Shown here: positions 59,440 to 64,000 of the stretch, piece after piece
How the letters are laid out: every line of letters starts with the position of its first letter
Position numbering within the stretch: the first letter of the stretch is position 1
Assembly (NCBI GenBank): GCA_963754775.1
Contig: CAVWHM010000023.1
Span: forward strand, 94,481 to 158,480
Length of the DNA: 64,000 nt
From: an uncultured Verrucomicrobiae bacterium
GTDB taxonomy: Bacteria > Verrucomicrobiota > Verrucomicrobiia > Limisphaerales > UBA11358
Direction of reading: 5' to 3'
Made by a program: the position numbers and the translations under genes
Notes under the pieces: model-generated
Told to the model about the DNA's origin: nothing
Seen by the model: the letters and a program-made list of their open reading frames with translations, nothing else
Databases searched by the model: none

Positions 59440-59619
59440 GGCTGAGCAGTTTTTAGTGTCCAACCAACGGGAAGAAGGCGGGCGCCACAGCCACAACACA
59501 GCCACCCCCAGCCCCGCCAGCACAACGCTGGACGGCTCCGGTACCAGGACGATTTGCGATCAAACCGCTTCGTGAGGCTTCTTCAATTCCGCTCTATCCG
59601 CATGTCGTTCACCACCGAG

Positions 59620-59833
59620 TTCCAGACGGACGCGAGCGTGGTGACAACGTCAACGAAGTCGAAGCCGAGAGAATTGCTGCGCTTATCTGCGCTGCAATTG
59701 AGCAACCAGAATTTGAGAAGAACGATGAAGGGAAAGCGACAAGTTTCGGGGTCGTATCATTGGTTGGTGATAAGCAAGCCCTGAAAATTGATGCCATCTT
59801 GCGCCATCGAATCGAACTGGCGGAATACAACTA
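59620..59833 (+). pseudogene. possible fragment of an SF1 (Upf1/DNA2-like) helicase gene
   Basis: NVNEVEAERIAALICAAIEQPEFEKNDEGKATSFGVVSLVGDKQALKIDAILRHRIELAEYN* resembles the region between helicase motifs in AAA_12-type proteins. No flanking helicase sequence is present. Confidence 0.3.
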
Positions 59834-59895
59834 AATACCTTGCGACAAGCGGTTCAGCAGGCTGATAGGTGACGGTTGACAGGGTTACGGCTATA

Positions 59896-60834
59896 TCAAT
59901 CTGCGTTAAGCATCGCCTCAATCGTTTCGAGCGCATTTCCTTCAAGCCGATTGTTCACGTAGATGAACGTCTCTCGCCCCGGCCCGGCCTTTTTACCATC
60001 CGCGATTAATGTCTTGCCGGCCTCACGCGCCTGCGGGTTCGGTTCCTTCACCTTGTCGTAGGGCTGGAATGTCTTCACCGCTTCCTCGTATTTGCGTCCG
60101 GGCTTCAGGAGAAAACGCGCGACCATCAGATTCGGATTCGTGCGGCTGCCGGGCAACGCCATTTGTTCGTTCACGGCTGGCATGGCATCCCATGAATTGA
60201 AAATGTGTGTGACACCGTGCCGGGCCAGACAGCCAAAGTATTCAGGGGTCAGCCAGTGCTTGTTGCGCATCTCAATCGCGTAAGGCCAGCCCTTCGGCAG
60301 CTTGCCGAGAAACGTGTCAAGGTCGGCCACAAAATCGCGTCCGTGTTCGTAGTCGCTCGGCCAGAACCTTGAGAACTCAAACATCAGCACGCCGATCTTG
60401 TCCCGAATTTCCTCACACGGATTAAGAAATGCGCCTGCAAACAACTCCGCGTTGAGAAAATTCGGGTTCGGCTGTCCTGCCTTCGCGCCGAAGCGCGCCA
60501 GGTTCGGAAACTTCTTGATCGTCACCGCGTCAGTCACCTTGAAACCAAATCGAAAATCATCGGGCACGGCGTCGGCCAATTTTTGCAGATATTCGGGGCG
60601 CGGGAAATCGTAATACGCCGCGTCCACGCTGACCGTCTTGAAAACCTCCGCGTATTCGCTCAAACAATCCCGCTCAAACCGGGTCTTGGCGACTTTGCCG
60701 CGATACTCGTAACGCGCAGGCGTGTAGAGTTGACCGAACCAGCCTTCATATTTCCAACTCGACGTGCCGATGAACACGCCACTGGCGGCAAGCGCCGCCG
60801 CCGTTTTTTTCATCTGGTCACGGTCAAAGGCCAT
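59896..60834 (-). CDS. DUF72-family protein
   Basis: FIGTSSWKYEGW...SVDAAYYDFP...FRFGFKV...VLMFEF...YAIEMRNKHW...FIYVNN pattern. I place the start at MAFDRD (60834). Confidence 0.65.
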   Translation of the reverse strand: MAFDRDQMKKTAAALAASGVFIGTSSWKYEGWFGQLYTPARYEYRGKVAKTRFERDCLSEYAEVFKTVSVDAAYYDFPRPEYLQKLADAVPDDFRFGFKVTDAVTIKKFPNLARFGAKAGQPNPNFLNAELFAGAFLNPCEEIRDKIGVLMFEFSRFWPSDYEHGRDFVADLDTFLGKLPKGWPYAIEMRNKHWLTPEYFGCLARHGVTHIFNSWDAMPAVNEQMALPGSRTNPNLMVARFLLKPGRKYEEAVKTFQPYDKVKEPNPQAREAGKTLIADGKKAGPGRETFIYVNNRLEGNALETIEAMLNAD

Positions 60835-60990
60835 GTTCCGAAATTGTAGGTTCCCCCGCGTCGTGTCAACGTCTGCCGAACACCAATTGGCCCTTTTGCC
60901 ACAAATTTCCGCGCAGACGAATCCATCGGGCACCTTCGACTCGCCCGCCGCGAGCTACCCCCCCCCCGCCCCCTCACCTTTCTGTTCCGG

Positions 60991-61302
60991 TCAAAGCGCC
61001 AGCAATATCGCTTCCTGCTCCTGCCACGGCACCGGTTCCGGCGGGTGGTCTGACATCGCCGGGCCATCGGAGGGCGCGAGCACTTCTGACATGGCAATGT
61101 CGAACGCTTCGTCTTCACCGAGTCCGCGCTCCTGCTTCAACTTGTCCACCAGTCGTAGCGCCTGTTGCATCTTCTTCTCAAGATGATTCCTCAGCTTGCC
61201 CTCGCGGTGAAGTTGCCGGACCAACTCCGGTTGGTTCTCAAACATCCATTCAAGGTGGACTCGTTCCCGGCTGTCAGGGAAGCTGTCTGGTTCCGCACTC
61301 AT
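60991..61302 (-). CDS. small hypothetical protein, TnpV-like by loose resemblance
   Basis: MSAEPDSFPDSRERVHLEWMFENQPELVRQLHREGKLRNHLEKKMQQALRLVDKLKQERGLGEDEAFDIAMSEVLAP. Resemblance is judged from memory only. Confidence 0.3.
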   Translation of the reverse strand: MSAEPDSFPDSRERVHLEWMFENQPELVRQLHREGKLRNHLEKKMQQALRLVDKLKQERGLGEDEAFDIAMSEVLAPSDGPAMSDHPPEPVPWQEQEAILLAL

Positions 61303-61464
61303 CGTCGTTTTGTCCACGGTGCGAAACAACAACAGGCAAGTCAACGGCACAGCACAGGCTTGTCAGCCGGCGCGAAGAAAGAGTCGCTGGAACACTCCGC
61401 AACTCACTGTTCGCGCGCTCGCGCGGGCGAATTGGACTGCCGGCGCGACGGGAACGGGGACTTA

Positions 61465-61489
61465 AAAAGTGGCAGCAAAGTGGCAGCAT
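61465..61489 (+). promoter_or_regulatory. 25-bp repeat aaaaGTGGCAGCAaaGTGGCAGCAt, right copy (candidate arm-type site), 72 bp inside the tRNA-proximal junction
   Basis: Perfect match to 42267-42291. The flanks are also similar (gcRacggg...ctKaaaag). Confidence 0.5.
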
Positions 61490-61561
61490 GAAGATTTTTT
61501 TGCGTTAAAACGAAGAAACACATAAACACACAAAAGCATTGCAAACACTGAACAAAATAGC

Positions 61562-61638
61562 TGGCGCGTCCGGCAGGACTTGAACCTGCAACCTTCTGGT
61601 CCGAAGTCAGAAGCTCTATCCAATTGAGCTACGGACGC
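61562..61638 (-). tRNA. tRNA-Arg (anticodon UCG), 77 nt with encoded CCA
   Basis: Manual fold of the reverse complement: acceptor GCGUCCG/CGGACGC; D arm GCUC-AAUUGGAUA-GAGC; anticodon arm UCUGA-CUUCGGA-CCAGA (A31/C39 mismatch); variable loop AGGUU; T arm GCAGG-UUCAAGU-CCUGC; discriminator G; CCA. Confidence 0.85.
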
Positions 61639-61733
61639 CTCCTTCCATTCTGCCGATTTTCCGGCGGCATTAAAAGCGGATTGTGCGCGCCGGTTGACTT
61701 GGCGAACGGGTTTGTTAGCGTGGCGCAACACGC

Positions 61734-63287
61734 ATGGCAAAAAAGCCGTTTGAACGTCTCATTAAAATTTTGACCGGCATTCACACCGGCGCGGAAGGCG
61801 AATTCAGCCGGCTCGAACGCTTCGCGCATTTTTGGGCGCTGGCGGTCAGAAGTTTTGTGCGCAACCGCTGTCCCGTCCGCGCGGCGGCGCTGTCCTACAC
61901 CTCGCTGCTCGCACTTATTCCGCTGCTGGCGGTGGCGATCAGCGTTACCAGCAGCCTGCTCAAAAGCGAAGGCGAGGAAAAAATTTACGAGGCGATTGAC
62001 AAACTCGTCTCCGATATCATGCCACCCGCCGGGTCGAATACGAATGCCGCCTCCTTTTCGCTGAATCTCAGGCACGGCACGCCGGCGGCGCTGACCCCGG
62101 CGAATTCCGAAACGGCTGGAACCCCGGCCGGCTCCGTTGCGGAAACCAACATGTTGGTGGCCGCCACCGGCCCCGAGGATCGTGTGGCCAACGCACAAAA
62201 AGAGGCGGCCCGGAGCATTCGTGATTTCATCCAGAAAACCCGCAGCGGCACGCTCGGAGTGGCCGGGACGGTCCTGCTGATCTTCGTGGTTTTCTCCTTG
62301 CTTGGCCGGATTGAGGAAACCATGAATGACGTCTGGGGCGTCACCCGCAGCCGGAACTGGCTGACCCGGATCGAGCACTACTGGTTTGCCATCGGATTGG
62401 TGCCAACGTTGCTGGTCGCCGGCCTGATTCTCGCCTCGGGCCCGCAGTTCGCCGGCGTGCGGCAGTTTGTCGAATCCATGCCGCTGGCGAGCAGGGTAAT
62501 CTTCAACTTCCTCCCGCTGGTCCTGCTGTGGCTGGCCTTCGCGTCCTTCTATAAAATCATGCCGAACACCCGGGTCTGCTTCAATGCGGCGCTGGTCGGC
62601 GGTGTCGTCGGCGGTTCACTCTGGTACCTGAACAACGTCTTTGGCTTCCTTTACGTTTCCCGCGTTGTTTCCAACAGCAAAATTTACGGCAGCCTCGGCC
62701 TGGTGCCCGTGTTCATGATCGGGCTTTATTTTTCGTGGCTGATTTTGCTGTTCGGCGCGCAGGTCGCCTATGCGTTTCAGAACCGGTCGGTCTATTTGCA
62801 GGACAAACTCGCGGAAAATGTGAATCAACGCGGACGCGAATTCATCGCGTTGCGGCTGATGACGGGCATCGGGCAACGGTTCCAACACGGCCTGCCGCCG
62901 GCCACCATCCAGGAAATTTCCACCGAACTGGGCATTCCCAGCAGGCTGGTCCAACAAATTTTGCAGACCCTGCTTGCCGCGCGGCTCGTCACCGAAGTCG
63001 GCGGCACAGAGGGCGCTTACGTGCCCGCGCGACCGCTTGAATCCATCAACGCCTACCAGATTCTCCACGCCCTGCGCACGGGCACCGGACAGGAATTGCC
63101 GATGCGCGACGAACCGGCGCGTGCGGAAGTCTATGGCGAGTTCGCCCGCATCGAGGAAGCCGAGCGTCAGGCCGCGTCGTCGGTGACGATGCTGGCGCTG
63201 GTCAATCGCGCCCGGGCGCGGCCGGAAATTGCCGCGCCGCCGGGATTGAAGGCCGTCCAGCCGCGCGGCCCCGCCGTTCAGGGGTAA
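61734..63287 (+). CDS. YihY/BrkB-family membrane protein with C-terminal winged-helix-like extension
   Basis: AAALSYTSLLALIPLLAV, GVAGTVLLIFVVFSLLGRIE and FYKIMPN... with 6 TM segments. The C-terminal 150 aa (PPATIQEISTELGIPSRLVQQILQTLLAARLV) look Rrf2/wHTH-like. Confidence 0.7.
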   Translation: MAKKPFERLIKILTGIHTGAEGEFSRLERFAHFWALAVRSFVRNRCPVRAAALSYTSLLALIPLLAVAISVTSSLLKSEGEEKIYEAIDKLVSDIMPPAGSNTNAASFSLNLRHGTPAALTPANSETAGTPAGSVAETNMLVAATGPEDRVANAQKEAARSIRDFIQKTRSGTLGVAGTVLLIFVVFSLLGRIEETMNDVWGVTRSRNWLTRIEHYWFAIGLVPTLLVAGLILASGPQFAGVRQFVESMPLASRVIFNFLPLVLLWLAFASFYKIMPNTRVCFNAALVGGVVGGSLWYLNNVFGFLYVSRVVSNSKIYGSLGLVPVFMIGLYFSWLILLFGAQVAYAFQNRSVYLQDKLAENVNQRGREFIALRLMTGIGQRFQHGLPPATIQEISTELGIPSRLVQQILQTLLAARLVTEVGGTEGAYVPARPLESINAYQILHALRTGTGQELPMRDEPARAEVYGEFARIEEAERQAASSVTMLALVNRARARPEIAAPPGLKAVQPRGPAVQG

Positions 63288-63290
63288 ATC

Positions 63291-64000
63291 TCAAAGTTTC
63301 GCAATAAACCGTTTGAGTCGGTTCATCGCTTCCTTGAGATTGTCCATGCTGGTCGCGTAGGCGCAGCGGATGAAGCCTTCGCCACATTCGCCAAACGCCG
63401 TGCCCGGCACCGCCGCCACTTTTTCCTCGTGCAGAAATTTCATGGCAAAGTCTTTCGACTTCATCCCAAACTTCGCCACGCTGGGAAAGGCGTAAAACGC
63501 GCCCAGCGGGCGGTGGCATTCGATGCCCATGTCGGCAAATGCGGCGGCGATGAAATTCCGGCGGCGACGGTATTCATCCACCATCTCGCCGATGTCCGTA
63601 TCCGGGCGGGCGAGCGCTTCGATCGCGGCTTTCTGTCCCATGGAAGAGGCGCAGAGCATCGTGTATTGGTGGATTTTCATCATCGCCTCGACGAGTTCCG
63701 CCGGGCCGCAGGCGTAGCCGAGGCGGTAACCGGTCATCGCCCACGCCTTCGAGAAACCATGCAGGAAAATCGTGCGATCGCGCATCCCCGGCAGGCTCAC
63801 GATGCTCGTATGCGGTGAATCGTAGGTCAGTTCGCCGTAAATTTCGTCGGTGACGACGATGAGGTCGTGCTCGCGGGCGAACGCGGCGATGTCCTCCAAA
63901 TCCTGCCGGCCCATGACCGCGCCGGTGGGATTATTCGGGAAATTCAGCATCAGCACCTTCGTCTTCGGCGTGACCTTCGCCTCCAGCATCGCGCGCGTGA
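63291..64000 (-). CDS. class I/II PLP-dependent aminotransferase (aspartate-aminotransferase-like); N-terminus outside window
   Basis: LNFPNNPTGAV and GFSKAWAMTGYRLGY (PLP-lysine motif). The ORF runs off the right edge. Confidence 0.8.
   Translation of the reverse strand, partial: TRAMLEAKVTPKTKVLMLNFPNNPTGAVMGRQDLEDIAAFAREHDLIVVTDEIYGELTYDSPHTSIVSLPGMRDRTIFLHGFSKAWAMTGYRLGYACGPAELVEAMMKIHQYTMLCASSMGQKAAIEALARPDTDIGEMVDEYRRRRNFIAAAFADMGIECHRPLGAFYAFPSVAKFGMKSKDFAMKFLHEEKVAAVPGTAFGECGEGFIRCAYATSMDNLKEAMNRLKRFIAKL

Larger units (their letters stand above)
42127..61560. mobile_element. roughly 19.4-kb integrative element / genomic island inserted in tRNA-Arg(UCG)
   Basis: It is bounded by the 47-bp direct repeats. 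A tyrosine integrase lies at one end with an excisionase-like HTH nearby. A 25-bp perfect repeat occurs near both ends. Cargo is restriction/defence genes, mutasome remnants and an IS fragment. Confidence 0.8.

Noticed and set aside
1-64000. Programmed ribosomal frameshifting as an explanation for the frame breaks
   Set aside because: The breaks occur at many unrelated sequence contexts, with no slippery heptamers or downstream structures, and in genes never known to use recoding. Indels (errors or mutations) are the simpler explanation.

Overview
This 64-kb window is a high-GC (about 58-60% by eye) Gram-negative chromosome segment. PEP-CTERM markers, TMTC-like TPR proteins and GC-rich palindromic repeat families suggest a PVC/Verrucomicrobia-type environmental bacterium, but that is inference only.

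Layout:
- 0-22.6 kb, housekeeping: deoA (5'-truncated), pyrF, hisD, a small low-GC Zn-ribbon ORF, hisC, an ExeA-like ATPase with a CAAX/CPBP protease (PEP-CTERM-locus markers), a TolC-like OMP, tig, bioD, a TMTC-like GT-C/TPR protein, tolQ-tolR-tolA-tolB-pal, tatA, tatC, ispE, murJ and tyrS.
- 22.6-28.15 kb, two low-GC insertions. The first sits inside the 3' end of tyrS and supplies a substitute S4-domain tail; the displaced native tail survives 2.3 kb downstream.
- 28.2-33.5 kb, core genes: M48 peptidase, uvrC, DUF4870-like, dedA, family-4 UDG.
- 33.5-40.4 kb: three tandem paralogs of a polytopic-membrane + TPR protein, plus a GT2.
- 40.4-61.6 kb: an island array at tRNA-Arg(UCG). The intact tRNA is at 61562-61638 and 47-bp copies of its 3' half lie at 42080 and 40394. 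More decayed copies form the conserved leaders of the three paralogs.
- 61.7-64 kb: a yihY/brkB-like gene and an aminotransferase.

The youngest unit (42.1-61.56 kb) carries a tyrosine integrase, an excisionase-like HTH, a 25-bp repeat near both ends, an Mrr-like/Mod/Res/HEPN operon, a decayed imuB-dnaE2 cassette cut by an IS1380-like fragment, a PEP-CTERM repeat protein, DUF72 and a TnpV-like ORF.

Main caveat: I infer roughly 50 single-base frameshifts, strongly clustered at 5.6-10.1 kb and 47.8-58.3 kb, some in housekeeping genes. Sequence error and real decay cannot be separated from this sequence alone.

No rRNA, CRISPR array or recognisable riboswitch was seen.
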